A stretch of DNA of 64,000 nucleotides from Candidatus Heimdallarchaeum endolithica (GTDB taxonomy: Archaea > Asgardarchaeota > Heimdallarchaeia > Heimdallarchaeales > Heimdallarchaeaceae), in NCBI GenBank assembly GCA_021513715.1, contig CP084167.1:386124-450123 (forward strand). Direction: 5' to 3'. The notes below the pieces were generated by a model. That model did no database searches and had not been told where the DNA came from. It saw only the letters and a program-made list of their open reading frames with translations. Every line of letters begins with the position of its first letter. Positions within the stretch are counted from its first letter, which is position 1. The translations under genes were made by a program, and so were the position numbers. Below, piece after piece: positions 1-10,631 of this stretch.

Positions 1-1
1 T

Positions 2-1246
2 ATTCCTGTTATTGGAGTAACAGCTCTTAATTTAAGTGTAAAAGGTTTACTAGCTCCTTTTGCAGAACCAGTTATCTTCCTGTTTCTAGGTGGTTTTGTA
101 ATTTCTAAGGCAATGAACAGAACAGGTTTAGATAAATGGATAAGCCTTAATATTGTAAGAATTAGTCCTAATAAACCTAAAATCCTCATGTTATTAATGA
201 TGACTTTTAGTGCTATTCTGTCAATGTTTATGTCTAATACTGCAACTGCTGCAACTATGATTCCAATAGCAACAGCAGTTTCTGATAAATTAAAGACAGG
301 AAAAAAGGAAGAAGATGTTCATATTGAAAGATACGGAAAAGCTCTTATTTTAGGAATAGCTTATAGTGCTTCTCTTGGAGGAATAGGGTCTGCAATTGGT
401 ACTCCTGCTAACCCAATTGCAATAGCTCTCTTAAGAGACTATGCAGGAGTAGAAATAAGTTTTATCAAGTGGTTTGTTTTTGGTCTTCCTATTGTTTTTG
501 TTATGCTACCTATAATGTGGTTATATATTTGGGCAGTCTATAAACCTCAAGTTCCATCTGAAAGAATAGAAAGTGCAAAAATGGCCGTAAAGAAAGAAAT
601 AGATAATATGGGACCATTAAATAAAAAACAAATTTATGTTTTGTTTGTTTTTCTAACTGCTTTAACTCTCTGGTTCTTAGAAAGGCCATTGAAGAAAATT
701 ATGCCTACTTTTTCAAGTAGTGTAGTCGCTGTTATTGCAGCAATAATGATATTTGTTCCAAATGTTTTACAAGATAAGGATATTAATGATTTGAATTGGA
801 ATGCTCTTCTCATATTTGGAGGAGGTCTAGTTTTAGGAGTAGTAATGACAGAATCAGGAACAGGTGACATGATAGCTTTTTCAATTGCTAATTTCCAAAT
901 TACAAGTAAATTACTATTCTTGTTTATAATTACATTACTAAGCGTTGTGTTGACATTTGTAGCTTCAAACACTGGTGCAGCAGCAATAATTGTTCCATTG
1001 GTTATACCTTTAGGTCTTATTTTTGATATTGATCCAGTGTTACTTGCAGTAATTGCAGCGATAGGATCAAGTATTGACTTTATGCTTCCTCAAGGAACTC
1101 CTCCAACAATGATAGCTTATAGTACAGGAAAGTATACTGTAAAAGAAATGGTGAAAATAGGTTTTCTTATTGTTTTATTGGGAACAGTTCTTCTAGCTTT
1201 TGTTTTTCCATTCTTCTGGAAGCTGATAGGAGTAGTATATTTCTAA
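2..1246 (+). CDS. DASS/SLC13-type divalent anion:Na+ symporter family permease (ArsB/NhaD permease superfamily), 5' end outside window
   Basis: Frame is open from position 2 into the ORF at 113 (IPVIGVTALNLSVKG...). Polytopic membrane protein with SNTATAATMIPI-type motifs typical of DASS/citrate-transporter permeases. Confidence 0.65.
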   Translation: MPVIGVTALNLSVKGLLAPFAEPVIFLFLGGFVISKAMNRTGLDKWISLNIVRISPNKPKILMLLMMTFSAILSMFMSNTATAATMIPIATAVSDKLKTGKKEEDVHIERYGKALILGIAYSASLGGIGSAIGTPANPIAIALLRDYAGVEISFIKWFVFGLPIVFVMLPIMWLYIWAVYKPQVPSERIESAKMAVKKEIDNMGPLNKKQIYVLFVFLTALTLWFLERPLKKIMPTFSSSVVAVIAAIMIFVPNVLQDKDINDLNWNALLIFGGGLVLGVVMTESGTGDMIAFSIANFQITSKLLFLFIITLLSVVLTFVASNTGAAAIIVPLVIPLGLIFDIDPVLLAVIAAIGSSIDFMLPQGTPPTMIAYSTGKYTVKEMVKIGFLIVLLGTVLLAFVFPFFWKLIGVVYF

Positions 1247-1274
1247 ACTATCTTTTTTCTTATTTTTTGTTTGT

Positions 1275-2138
1275 CTATTCTTCAAAAATTCTTTTTCTAA
1301 TTTCCCTTGCTGTTGGTGTGTTAGCAATACCTCCTAAACCTGTTTCTTTTAATTCATAAGCAAGTTTTTTTCCAACATTATTCATTGCTGCAACTACTTC
1401 ATCAACTGGAATTATGGAAGATACGCCACTTAAAGCTAACTCTGAAGCAAGAAAAGCGTTCATTACTCCAATAGTATTTCTCTTAATACAAGGAGATATT
1501 ACCAATCCAGCAACTGGATCACAAACTAAACCCATTAAATTAATTAAACATAGAGATATTGCTTCAAAAATCTGGTTCAAAGAGCCTCCAGCTAAATAAG
1601 TTATTGCAGCAGCACTCATTGCAGAAGCTACACCTACTTCTGCTTGACATCCCCCTTCACTCCCAGAAAGAGTAGCTTTATTACCGATAATAGCTCCAAC
1701 AATTCCTCCTACAATTAGAGCTTTAAGAGAATCTTCTTTACTTTTTTTTAATTTTTCTTCAGCTTTAAATAATACAGCAGGAAAAACACCAGAAGAACCT
1801 GCAGTTGGACAAGCAACAATCACTCCCATACCACTATTGTATTCAGCAATGCTCATAGTCCAATAAACAGCTTCTTTCATATTTTTATCCAAAAAGAAAG
1901 GTTCAGAAGTTAATTTATCACTTTGTCCTATTGCTTCCTCTATAGGTAATATAGTTTTCTCAGATAGAGCATTTTCTAGAGACTTCTTCATTGTATTGTA
2001 GATTGTATCAACTCTATCTAGAATCTCTTTCTTTGTTTTTTCTGTTGTATGTATCTCCTCAAGTATAATGAATTCAGCAACATCATCAATTTTACTTTTT
2101 GTAAATTCATCATAAAAATGAATAAAAGATTCAAACAT
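1275..2138 (-). CDS. sdaAA: L-serine dehydratase, iron-sulfur dependent, alpha subunit
   Basis: 287 aa. GGCQAEVGVASAMSAAA-type glycine-rich core typical of the SDH alpha chain. Overlaps the upstream beta-subunit gene by 8 nt, consistent with an operon. Confidence 0.75.
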   Translation of the reverse strand: MFESFIHFYDEFTKSKIDDVAEFIILEEIHTTEKTKKEILDRVDTIYNTMKKSLENALSEKTILPIEEAIGQSDKLTSEPFFLDKNMKEAVYWTMSIAEYNSGMGVIVACPTAGSSGVFPAVLFKAEEKLKKSKEDSLKALIVGGIVGAIIGNKATLSGSEGGCQAEVGVASAMSAAAITYLAGGSLNQIFEAISLCLINLMGLVCDPVAGLVISPCIKRNTIGVMNAFLASELALSGVSSIIPVDEVVAAMNNVGKKLAYELKETGLGGIANTPTAREIRKRIFEE

Positions 2139-2796
2139 TTAAAACCCTCACTAATTTTACATTTTCTAATTTTTCTATCTCTGAAGAAAGTTCTTCAGAA
2201 ATTGTAGAATTTATTTCAATCCAAGTTAGAGCTTCTCTTTTTCTAATATTTTTTGTAAGTTTCATAGAATCAATATTTATTTTATGTTTTGCAATGACAG
2301 AGGTTATTTTTGATATTATTCCTGGTAAATCTTTATGTACAACTACTAAAGTAGGCAAGTCTGTGTTAAACCCTGCTTCATAACCGTCAATTTCTATAAT
2401 TATTATATTTCCTCCTCCAATTGAACTTCCTATTACTTCAATTTTTTTACTACCTTTTTTTACATGAAGTAATACAGAGTTAGGATGAAAATCTCCTCCT
2501 AAGTCTCCTTTTTTTATTTTGAATTTCATCCCTTTTTCTTCAGCAAAAAAGAAGGCTTTTCTAATTCTTTCATCATCAGGTTTAAAACCTAAAAGTCCTG
2601 CAACTATGGCTTTATCTGTTCCATGTCCTTTATATGTTTCAGAAAAAGAACCAAGTAAAATAATTTCTGCTTGTGTTGGAATATCACCTAGTAATTGGTA
2701 AGTGACATAAGCTATTCTACAAGCTCCTGCTGTATGACTGGAACTTGGACCTACCATTATATGCCCTATTACATCAAATATAGAGTCGTATTTCAC
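2131..2796 (-). CDS. sdaAB: L-serine dehydratase beta subunit with C-terminal ACT-like domain
   Basis: 221 aa. N-terminal GPSSSHTAGACRIA motif of the SDH beta chain. Translationally coupled to the alpha subunit. Confidence 0.75.
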   Translation of the reverse strand: MKYDSIFDVIGHIMVGPSSSHTAGACRIAYVTYQLLGDIPTQAEIILLGSFSETYKGHGTDKAIVAGLLGFKPDDERIRKAFFFAEEKGMKFKIKKGDLGGDFHPNSVLLHVKKGSKKIEVIGSSIGGGNIIIIEIDGYEAGFNTDLPTLVVVHKDLPGIISKITSVIAKHKINIDSMKLTKNIRKREALTWIEINSTISEELSSEIEKLENVKLVRVLNV

Positions 2797-2821
2797 ATGT
2801 TTTTAAAAAAAAGATTTAGTC

Positions 2822-4198
2822 TTAAACTTTCTCTTTTTTTAGTGGAAAAACAACCCGAAAGACTACTTCTCCATCATTGTTTGAAGATACATTTATTGTA
2901 GCGTCATATCTCTCCAATATTCTCTTAACTAAAAATAATCCTAAACCAGATCCACTCTGTTCACCAGAAGAGAACCCTTTTTTAAATATATTATCTTTAA
3001 TAGAATGATCAATTTTAGAACCATTGTTTTGGATTTCTAAAATAATACTTTTTGTATTTTTCTTTATATAGAAATCTATTTTATTAGCTTTTCCATGTTT
3101 AATAGCATTAGTAACAATATTTTCTAATGCAAAAAGAAGTAAATTGTCACAATTTACTTCTGCGTCACCATGAATAGAAAACTCTATAGGTTCTGCCAAA
3201 TATGTGCTAACTATTTTTTCTATAATTTTCTTAAGACTAACTGTTTCGAAGTAAAAAGTTGAGGATAATGTCTCGTGGAGAATATTTATCCTTTGTATTA
3301 ATAGAAAACCTCTGTTAACAGCGTTTAAAGCTCTGTGAAGTAATCTTTTGTTTCCTGTTTCTAAATAAATATCTATCATTCCTTCTATTACTACTAAATC
3401 ATTTTGTAAATCATGCCTTAAAACACTTAACAATGTTTCAAGTACCTCGTTATATTTATCAGCTTCAGCTATCGCTTTTTCTTGAGCTGAAACATTTATT
3501 CCTGTTGCAATTATGTATTCTACATTCTTGTTATCACAGATTAGAGAATAATACCAAGAAATTTCTACAACTTTACCTGATTTTGTTTGAATTTCACTTA
3601 CAAAATTGAAAGGTTTACTCTGGCACTCGATTTGTTTAAAAAAGATATCTTTTATTCTTTTCTTGTCATTTTCAACAAAGAAATCCCAGCAGTATTTTCC
3701 TTCAATTTCTTTACTTGTAAATCCTAATACTTTTTCAAGTTCACTGTTAGATTTTATTATTTTTCCATTATTGTTTATAATTACTAGTAAGTTTCTTGAA
3801 ATATTAACTATTGAGTTAAAAATGTCAAATTCTTTTTTTTTAAAAGGTATATCTCTTATTGATTTTGATTTAATTGCATGTATTAGTAAATAGTTCTCAT
3901 TCTCTGTTTGGTTAAAAAACAACTTAAATGGAATTGAATCTCCATGTTTATTGATTAATCTTCCTTCTTCAAGAAAAAAAATCTCTTTCTCAATTCTTTC
4001 AAATATTAAATTACAAACAGTTTCAGGCATAATTTTATTCAAGTTTTGGTTAATTATTTCATCTCGATGAAAGTCTAGTTCTTTTGCAAGTAAATTGTGA
4101 ATAAATACAATATGTTTGCTTTCAATATTTACAACTAATGAATATACTTGTGAATCTTCTAGAAATTCTACTAGTTTCAAGTCATCTAATTTCATCAA
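2822..4198 (-). CDS. PAS-domain sensor histidine kinase, with no response regulator adjacent
   Basis: H-box LRHDLQNDL. C-terminal HATPase_c motifs (NAIKHG...; GSGLGLFLVKRILE). PAS-like segments in the N-terminal two thirds. Confidence 0.7.
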   Translation of the reverse strand: MMKLDDLKLVEFLEDSQVYSLVVNIESKHIVFIHNLLAKELDFHRDEIINQNLNKIMPETVCNLIFERIEKEIFFLEEGRLINKHGDSIPFKLFFNQTENENYLLIHAIKSKSIRDIPFKKKEFDIFNSIVNISRNLLVIINNNGKIIKSNSELEKVLGFTSKEIEGKYCWDFFVENDKKRIKDIFFKQIECQSKPFNFVSEIQTKSGKVVEISWYYSLICDNKNVEYIIATGINVSAQEKAIAEADKYNEVLETLLSVLRHDLQNDLVVIEGMIDIYLETGNKRLLHRALNAVNRGFLLIQRINILHETLSSTFYFETVSLKKIIEKIVSTYLAEPIEFSIHGDAEVNCDNLLLFALENIVTNAIKHGKANKIDFYIKKNTKSIILEIQNNGSKIDHSIKDNIFKKGFSSGEQSGSGLGLFLVKRILERYDATINVSSNNDGEVVFRVVFPLKKEKV

Positions 4199-4251
4199 TT
4201 AAAAAAGGGAAAAGAACTATATATTCTTTTTTTTTCCTTCTTTCTTTTTTC

Positions 4252-6660
4252 TTAGAACTCATCCCCAAAAAATAGATCGTCTTTTTCTTCTTTAGGAAGT
4301 TTAGTTGGCCACCAATTCCACTTTTGTGCAAGAGACATTATTGCAGGAACAAGAATAGTACGAATAACAAAAGTGTCAACTATTACAGCAAAGCAAAGCA
4401 TGAAACCAAATTGATTTAGAACCATTTCCTTACTAAGCATCAATCCTGAAAAAGCAATAGCCATAATGACTCCAGCAGCAGATATTATAGGACCTGTTCT
4501 GTATACACCTTTATGAATAGAAGCTGTTTCTGTATAACCTTTCTTTCTATATTCGCTTATTCTACTTAACAAGAATATATCGTAATCCAAGCCTAAACCT
4601 ACTAAAATTGAAAAAGCCATTATAGGTGTGATCCAGTACATTGCATCTACAGTTCTAAGGGGTTCAAAAAGCCAATCTACAATGTTTAACTCAAAAATTA
4701 AGACTGCAAATCCATAAATCCAACTCAAAGTTAAAGCTATAGTAAATAAAAGTCGCAAAGGAACAAAAACTGAACCAAACATTAGTGCAATAAGAACATA
4801 GACAATAATAATTGTTACCACTATCATTATCGGGAATAATTCATAGACTTTATCAATAGAATCCACAATTGTAGAAATTCCTCCTGCAAGGTAGAATTTG
4901 TAGTCTGAAGAAGTCAAATTTGAACTAAAATCATTTAAAAATGTTCTCACTTGCTTTACAAATTCTTCAGAAGCGAAGGGATCAAAGGGTGTGTTTATTT
5001 GGATAATAGCTGAAGAATTAGATGGATTAACATATCTTTGAAAAGCAATTCTGTATAACTCTGCTTCATTTGAATAATAAAGAGAAGAATTAGAATCAAG
5101 AAATTGTAAAGCATAAATATAGGGTATAGGTATTCCATTGGGTTGAGTAAAGATAGATAGAATATTTTCATAAGGTAGATGCAAAGAAGCATTTATGCTT
5201 TCTATTAGTTGTTGTGCTACATTAAAGAACGTTTGATTAAAAACTGAATTTTCTTCTGGACCTTGAATAATTATGTAGTAGGGAAAAATTACTCCAGGAT
5301 CAAATTCCTCTAGAAGCATGTTATATGTTTGTACTGAAGGCATATCTCGTGGAAAAACTTGATTTGTATCTACTGTGTGTTTAAGTTTAACTACTTGTAT
5401 GCTTATTGGAATGGCTGCAATTAAAACAACTAAAATGATAAATACGGAGTATTTGGTAGAAAATTTAGAAATCTTGTACCATATAGATTTTAATTGTTTT
5501 TCTAATTCGATGCTTTCTTTATCTTTAACAGTAATATCTTTTTTTTTGTTTCTTTTTTCAGCTATTTTTTTAGCAAGGAAAAAGTCACTAAAGAATTTTT
5601 GGAATATTAGAAGTAAGGAAGGAGTAATAGATAAATTTGCAATAATAGTTATAATAACAGCAATTGAAGCTCCTATTCCTATTGACTGGAGTAAATCCAT
5701 TGGGAAGAATATTAATCCCATGAAACAAATAGCAAGAGTTAATCCCGAAACTATAATTGTGTGTCCAGCATGTTCACTCATTAAAGCTACAGCAGTGGAA
5801 ACATCTTTTCCTTTCAATATTTCTTCCCTATATCTTGTCAATAGAAAAAGGCTATAATCAATTGACATTGCAATAACACAAGACATCATGACACTAGGAG
5901 CAAAAGAAATAACATTTATTGAAAGAGAAATAGGCAACATTATTAAAAAGGAAGTAAAAGTGCTTAATATCATCGAAAATATAGGTATTATCATTAACCT
6001 GAAACTTCTTAGAACTAAAGCTAAAACAATAAGGGCTATAGGAAGAACAACTGTATCCATTCTTGCAAGATCATGTTTTGTACCTTTTTCGATGTCTAAA
6101 ATTAAAATATCAGAACCTGTTAAACCAATGTAATATTTTTCTTTGTTGATTTCCGATTTCTCAATTTCATTTTCTAGAAATTTTTGTAAAGCTTGAATCT
6201 GTGTTTTAGAAGCATTTAGATACTCGATAACAGTAATAAGAGAATATCCATCATTTGAAACAAGTTCATTAGCTAAATCTAAAAATCCTAGCTTTATAAG
6301 AGTAAAGTAATCTTGAGTTGATTCAATTATCTCATTATATTCAAAATCATCTAATGAAGAGATTATCTCTTTAACTGTCTCATTGACTTCTTGATTAATT
6401 ACAGATTGTTGTTCATTGTTTTTTATTAAAATTATTATATTTGATTCGCTTTCTCTATCTGGAAATTCGGAGACAAATATTTCTTCTGCAATAGCTGAAG
6501 GAGAACCTTTTGGAGAGTCAAAAACTAGTTTTGTATTAGACAATGTCCGAGGGCCTAACCATATTCCAAAGGATAAAATAATTAACCAGAGAATTAAGAC
6601 CACATATTTGTATTTTTGCAAGAATTTGTGATACAGCTGAACAAACTTCATGTAATACAA
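4252..6660 (-). CDS. MMPL/RND-superfamily membrane transporter
   Basis: 802 aa. Two bundles of about six TM helices, each preceded by a large soluble loop, which is the MMPL/RND exporter topology. Start codon uncertain (ATG also at 6651). Confidence 0.65.
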   Translation of the reverse strand: MYYMKFVQLYHKFLQKYKYVVLILWLIILSFGIWLGPRTLSNTKLVFDSPKGSPSAIAEEIFVSEFPDRESESNIIILIKNNEQQSVINQEVNETVKEIISSLDDFEYNEIIESTQDYFTLIKLGFLDLANELVSNDGYSLITVIEYLNASKTQIQALQKFLENEIEKSEINKEKYYIGLTGSDILILDIEKGTKHDLARMDTVVLPIALIVLALVLRSFRLMIIPIFSMILSTFTSFLIMLPISLSINVISFAPSVMMSCVIAMSIDYSLFLLTRYREEILKGKDVSTAVALMSEHAGHTIIVSGLTLAICFMGLIFFPMDLLQSIGIGASIAVIITIIANLSITPSLLLIFQKFFSDFFLAKKIAEKRNKKKDITVKDKESIELEKQLKSIWYKISKFSTKYSVFIILVVLIAAIPISIQVVKLKHTVDTNQVFPRDMPSVQTYNMLLEEFDPGVIFPYYIIIQGPEENSVFNQTFFNVAQQLIESINASLHLPYENILSIFTQPNGIPIPYIYALQFLDSNSSLYYSNEAELYRIAFQRYVNPSNSSAIIQINTPFDPFASEEFVKQVRTFLNDFSSNLTSSDYKFYLAGGISTIVDSIDKVYELFPIMIVVTIIIVYVLIALMFGSVFVPLRLLFTIALTLSWIYGFAVLIFELNIVDWLFEPLRTVDAMYWITPIMAFSILVGLGLDYDIFLLSRISEYRKKGYTETASIHKGVYRTGPIISAAGVIMAIAFSGLMLSKEMVLNQFGFMLCFAVIVDTFVIRTILVPAIMSLAQKWNWWPTKLPKEEKDDLFFGDEF

Positions 6661-6823
6661 TATTTAGCGTAAATTATTTATTATTTTCGTAATATTTTAT
6701 TTTTTATTTCTTGTATTTTTAAATACAGTATTTTGCTTAAATTTTCAACGAATAGGGTTTTTATGGTTCAAATATTTTTTGAAACAAAAAAAGATTAAAA
6801 AAGGTAGGAAAATAAAATAAATC

Positions 6824-8827
6824 ATGGATAGTAGATTAATACAGATTAAAGATTTTTACAAAATAAAAAAGATTAACAAAGTTCTTTTTACTTCTAGTAA
6901 TAGAATTATTTTTGAAGAACAAAAGGTTTTAAAAGAAAAAAATGATTATTCTAGTGCCTTTTTTCTTATAAATGACAAAAATAAAGTTCAGCAATTCTCT
7001 CTAGGCTTGGATAAAGATTACTCTATGAAATTTAACTCCTCTAAGAGTGAAATGGCCTTTCTATCTATTAGAGGAGAAAAAAAGGTAAAACCTCAAATTT
7101 TTCTTATTCGTATGGATGGAGGAGAAGCTGTAAAACTTACATCAGCTCCAAATGGTGTACAACATTTTAACTGGTCACTAGATAATAAAAAAATCGTTTA
7201 TCTTCACAGGATTAACAAAGAAGAGGAAGAAGAGGAAAATAAGAAAGAAGCGAAAAAAGAAGAAAGTGATGAAATCGAGGAGAAAGTAATCAAGTTAATA
7301 AAAGAGGAAAAAGAAAAAAATAAAGTTGATCCACGCATTATTAAAAAGATCGTTTATAGAAAAGGAACAAATTATTTAGATGATAGATACTCACACATTT
7401 ATATTTTAGATTTAGATACAAAAAAAATAAAACGTATAACTTCTGGAGATTTTGACTACTTTTCTCCAGTATTAGTAAATAATGTTATTTATGCAGTAAA
7501 ATATAAAACACAAAATAATCTTAATGATTCTACAACTTTTTCTATTGTTAAAATAGACTTAGAAAGCAAAAAAGAAGTAGAAATTAAAGAAATTTATGGG
7601 TGGTCTGTAAATCTAGCTCTAAGTGAAGATTTGAAATGGTTAGTTTATAATTGCTCTCTTGAAAGAGAAGGTATTTCTAGACAAAATATAGATTTAAAAG
7701 CAATAAATTTACAAACTAATGAAGAAATTTGGATAACAGAGAAAATAGATAATCATGCTTTTAATTTCAAGCTTATAGGAAGTTATGTTTACTTTATTTC
7801 TGATTCTTGGGAAATTAATGAACTTTGGAAATACGATTTAGAAACTAAGAAAATAGAGAAAGTTCTAACAGACAAATTCATGATTTATGATTATGATGTA
7901 GATCAAGAAAACGAGAGAATAGTAGTAAATGTATCAAAAAAAGAAGAGATCTCTTCATTAATAGTTTATGATATATGTAAAAAAGAGCAGGAAACGATTT
8001 ATAACTCCAATGAAGATTGGTTAAAAGATAAAAAAATTGCTAAACATGAGGAGCTTAGATATAAAGGATATAACGATAAAGAGGTTCAAGGATGGATAAT
8101 TAAACCTCCCAATTTTGATGAAAGCAAGAAATATCCTATAATTTTAGAAATACACGGGGGACCTTCAGCTACATGGTCACCATTCGAAAGAACTATGTGG
8201 CACGAATTTCAGTCCTTTGCAGCAATGGGTTATGTGATTTTTTATTGTAATCCTAGGGGGAGTAGTGGAAGAGGTTTAGAATATAGAAACGTAAAAGGTA
8301 ATTGGGGCGAAGAACCTTCAACAGATATTCTTAACGGGTTCAATTTAGTTTTAGAAAAAAGCTATGTAGATAAAGATAATGCATTTATTACAGGAGGAAG
8401 CTATGGTGGATATATGACTATTTGGATAATAGGACATGATGAAAGATTTAAAGCAGCTGTTCCTCAGAGAGGAGTTTATAACCTAGTAAGCTTCTGGAGC
8501 ACAACAGATATTACACAATTCACAAAAGAACAAATGGGTTATTATCCATGGGAAAATCTAGATCTGCTTTGGAAACAATCTCCTATTGCATATGTAGATA
8601 GAATAAAGACTCCAACAAGAATAATCCATTCTGAGAAAGATTTTAGAGTACCTATTTCTCAAGGAGAGGAACTTTTTGCTTCCTTAGTTAAATTAGGAGT
8701 AGAAACAGATTTAATTCGCTATCCAAAAGAAGGGCATGAACTTTCTCGTTCAGGGTTACCAAAACATGTTGAGGATAGGTTGAACAGAATAATTGTATGG
8801 TTTGAAAAACATAAAAACAAAAAATAG
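6824..8827 (+). CDS. S9-family serine peptidase (prolyl oligopeptidase / acylaminoacyl-peptidase-like) with N-terminal beta-propeller
   Basis: 667 aa. C-terminal alpha/beta-hydrolase region with GGSYGG nucleophile elbow and HGGP motif. N-terminal TolB-like propeller. Glu/Lys-rich low-complexity insert. TAG stop followed by TAA. Confidence 0.75.
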   Translation: MDSRLIQIKDFYKIKKINKVLFTSSNRIIFEEQKVLKEKNDYSSAFFLINDKNKVQQFSLGLDKDYSMKFNSSKSEMAFLSIRGEKKVKPQIFLIRMDGGEAVKLTSAPNGVQHFNWSLDNKKIVYLHRINKEEEEEENKKEAKKEESDEIEEKVIKLIKEEKEKNKVDPRIIKKIVYRKGTNYLDDRYSHIYILDLDTKKIKRITSGDFDYFSPVLVNNVIYAVKYKTQNNLNDSTTFSIVKIDLESKKEVEIKEIYGWSVNLALSEDLKWLVYNCSLEREGISRQNIDLKAINLQTNEEIWITEKIDNHAFNFKLIGSYVYFISDSWEINELWKYDLETKKIEKVLTDKFMIYDYDVDQENERIVVNVSKKEEISSLIVYDICKKEQETIYNSNEDWLKDKKIAKHEELRYKGYNDKEVQGWIIKPPNFDESKKYPIILEIHGGPSATWSPFERTMWHEFQSFAAMGYVIFYCNPRGSSGRGLEYRNVKGNWGEEPSTDILNGFNLVLEKSYVDKDNAFITGGSYGGYMTIWIIGHDERFKAAVPQRGVYNLVSFWSTTDITQFTKEQMGYYPWENLDLLWKQSPIAYVDRIKTPTRIIHSEKDFRVPISQGEELFASLVKLGVETDLIRYPKEGHELSRSGLPKHVEDRLNRIIVWFEKHKNKK

Positions 8828-8862
8828 TAATTTCTTTTTTTAAAAAAATAGATAAAGAAAAA

Positions 8863-10182
8863 TTAGTTTCTTTTTCTTTTCCTTAACAATACAATTGGAA
8901 TAAGCAATGTAAGAGCTGAAATGTACAACAAGTCCATAGAACCTATTCTTCTAGTTTTATCTTGACCGCCTGTATAAATATCAGCACCAGCACTTGATCC
9001 TGTAGCAGTAGAAGATCCATAGTCTTGCCAATTACTTGATTCTGCTTCTTGAGAAGAACCATCTAAGGCTTGGAAAACTTGTATTGAATCTATTCCTCCT
9101 TCTCCTTCTCCTTCTAGTTCGTTTTCAAATCTGCTATCATAAATGATTTCAGCTGCAGGAATGTAACAACCATCAGAGGTTAGGAATTGCCAATGCATTG
9201 TTATTGTTACAGAATCACCAGGATAAAGTGTTATTCCTTCAACTCTAATATAACCCATACCCAAGTAAGTTCCATTAGAAATACTTCCTTTTGTTGTGGC
9301 TTTAGATTGTAATGAAAGCTCTGTTTGGTTATAAAATTGTGTGATAGTTATATGTGTTTCAGCATCTCCTACATTCGTGATTGAAAGAGTTATTTCTATT
9401 TCCCAAGGTCCATCTTCTGGAATAATGATATCTACATTTGTTTCAATATCTAAAACTGGTTGTGGGAAGGCAGGTCTTCTCTCATTGGTCCTTGGAACTA
9501 ATAGAGCCCAATCCATGTTAGATAAAACCCATTCATGTGTTTGTGCAGCTCCTTCAAATTCTTCTGTTATATTAGGCTCCCAGAAATTATAAACTGGAAG
9601 AGCTTCTTGTCCATAATCACTGTCAAATTCTACAACAGCATAAACAGGATGTATGCCTAAGAAAGTGTTTGCATCTACTTGTACTTCAAAATTGTACTGT
9701 GTTCCATTTTCAATTGTTCCTATTTCTTCATAATAGAACAAATCTTGGTCCTCTATTTGCCAATCATTACCCATTCTACCATGAAATAGATAAAGTTTAA
9801 CATTTTCAGCATTAATATTTCCAGTATTCTTAATATAACCAGTTATAGTCACTGGGTCTCCAACTTTGTAACTTGTTTGATTCAATTCTACGTGAGTATT
9901 AAGAACAGCTTCATCATCTGCAAGCTGGAAGTTTATTCCGTTACTAAAACCGTAATACTCAAATCCTTCAGGATCCTTGTATCTGAACCTAGCTCCTACT
10001 GATAACCAAGCATCAGCTTCTTCATCATAGTAACTGATAGGGCGACCATAGGCAAGTTGTCCTGCATCATCAGCAAAACCAAGTATCATTTGCATCATCT
10101 CTAAATAATTATGCTTTCTTGTAATTAGTTTTACTGCATCAGAACCTTCTATTTCTTCTCCTCTCATAACTCCAAATTCCAT
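8863..10182 (-). CDS. C-terminal fragment of a disrupted cell-surface protein (beta-sandwich/Ig-like domains, C-terminal TM anchor with LLRKRKRN tail)
   Basis: No signal peptide. The reading frame stays open upstream of the annotated Met to about 10286 (VDEHTEYFLEAVIPSLAPDETAHLSWALENVTSQS...). It ends in a TAA supplied by the terminal repeat of the inserted element. The C-terminal hydrophobic segment plus basic tail resembles an archaeal surface anchor. Confidence 0.55.
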   Translation of the reverse strand: MEFGVMRGEEIEGSDAVKLITRKHNYLEMMQMILGFADDAGQLAYGRPISYYDEEADAWLSVGARFRYKDPEGFEYYGFSNGINFQLADDEAVLNTHVELNQTSYKVGDPVTITGYIKNTGNINAENVKLYLFHGRMGNDWQIEDQDLFYYEEIGTIENGTQYNFEVQVDANTFLGIHPVYAVVEFDSDYGQEALPVYNFWEPNITEEFEGAAQTHEWVLSNMDWALLVPRTNERRPAFPQPVLDIETNVDIIIPEDGPWEIEITLSITNVGDAETHITITQFYNQTELSLQSKATTKGSISNGTYLGMGYIRVEGITLYPGDSVTITMHWQFLTSDGCYIPAAEIIYDSRFENELEGEGEGGIDSIQVFQALDGSSQEAESSNWQDYGSSTATGSSAGADIYTGGQDKTRRIGSMDLLYISALTLLIPIVLLRKRKRN

Positions 10183-10283
10183 ACTTTGAGAGGTGACATT
10201 TTCAAGAGCCCAACTTAAGTGAGCAGTTTCATCAGGAGCTAAACTTGGAATAACTGCTTCAAGGAAATACTCAGTATGTTCAT

Positions 10284-10631
10284 CAACTTAATTTTTGTAC
10301 AATATTTTTGTACGCCAATCTTGCTCTCGGAAAGATCTGTCTAGGAGGGAGATCTAAACACTCATTGAGCCAGAGGAGAAGGTTGAGCACTCCTCCACCG
10401 TGGAAACTGGATGAATAAATCCTCTCACACGGGAAAGTTAAGTCGTATTCAACTTTTCTTTGATTTCTTTCTTTATGCGCATGTTTTTTTTTATCTTGAC
10501 ACGCCGTGCCAGCTTAGAGAGTAAGTATTTTTCTTAACATCTATCTTTTTTTTTCACTCTTTACATTAATAATGTCTTTTCACTATTTAAACACCAATTT
10601 TTTAATTTGACAAAAATGTACAAAAAAGCTC
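10284..10631. mobile_element. MITE-like non-autonomous insertion (about 348 bp) with imperfect terminal inverted repeats (TTTTTGTACA..TTTTTGT) and a higher-GC structured core, flanked by a 5-bp direct repeat TTCAT
   Basis: Left end 10284 caacttaatttttgtacaatatttttgtac. The right end at 10631, reverse-complemented, reads gagcttttttgtacatttttgtcaaattaa. TTCAT occurs at 10279-10283 and 10632-10636. The core at 10300-10500 is much more GC-rich than the surroundings and contains short hairpins (gaggag..ctcctc; agatct x2). It contains no ORF. Each terminal repeat supplies a stop codon (TAA) that ends one of the flanking ORF fragments. Confidence 0.55.

Noticed and set aside
634-972. Many antisense or alternative-frame ORFs of 60-160 aa nested inside long genes (for example 634..972, 1414..1599, 3606..3893, 5375..5857, 9341..9592, 22303..22779, 35963..36277, 36138..36506, 42826..43260, 44817..45236)
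   Set aside because: They lie wholly inside better-supported long ORFs on the other strand or frame. They are low-complexity shadow translations typical of AT-rich DNA or of the 42-nt repeat array, with no independent start-context support.
10300-10560. GC-rich 260-bp island as a tRNA, SRP RNA or RNase P RNA gene
   Set aside because: No cloverleaf, no conserved SRP or RNase P motifs could be found by eye. It is bounded by inverted repeats and a direct repeat and interrupts a coding frame, so a mobile element is the better explanation. An ncRNA carried inside the element is not excluded.
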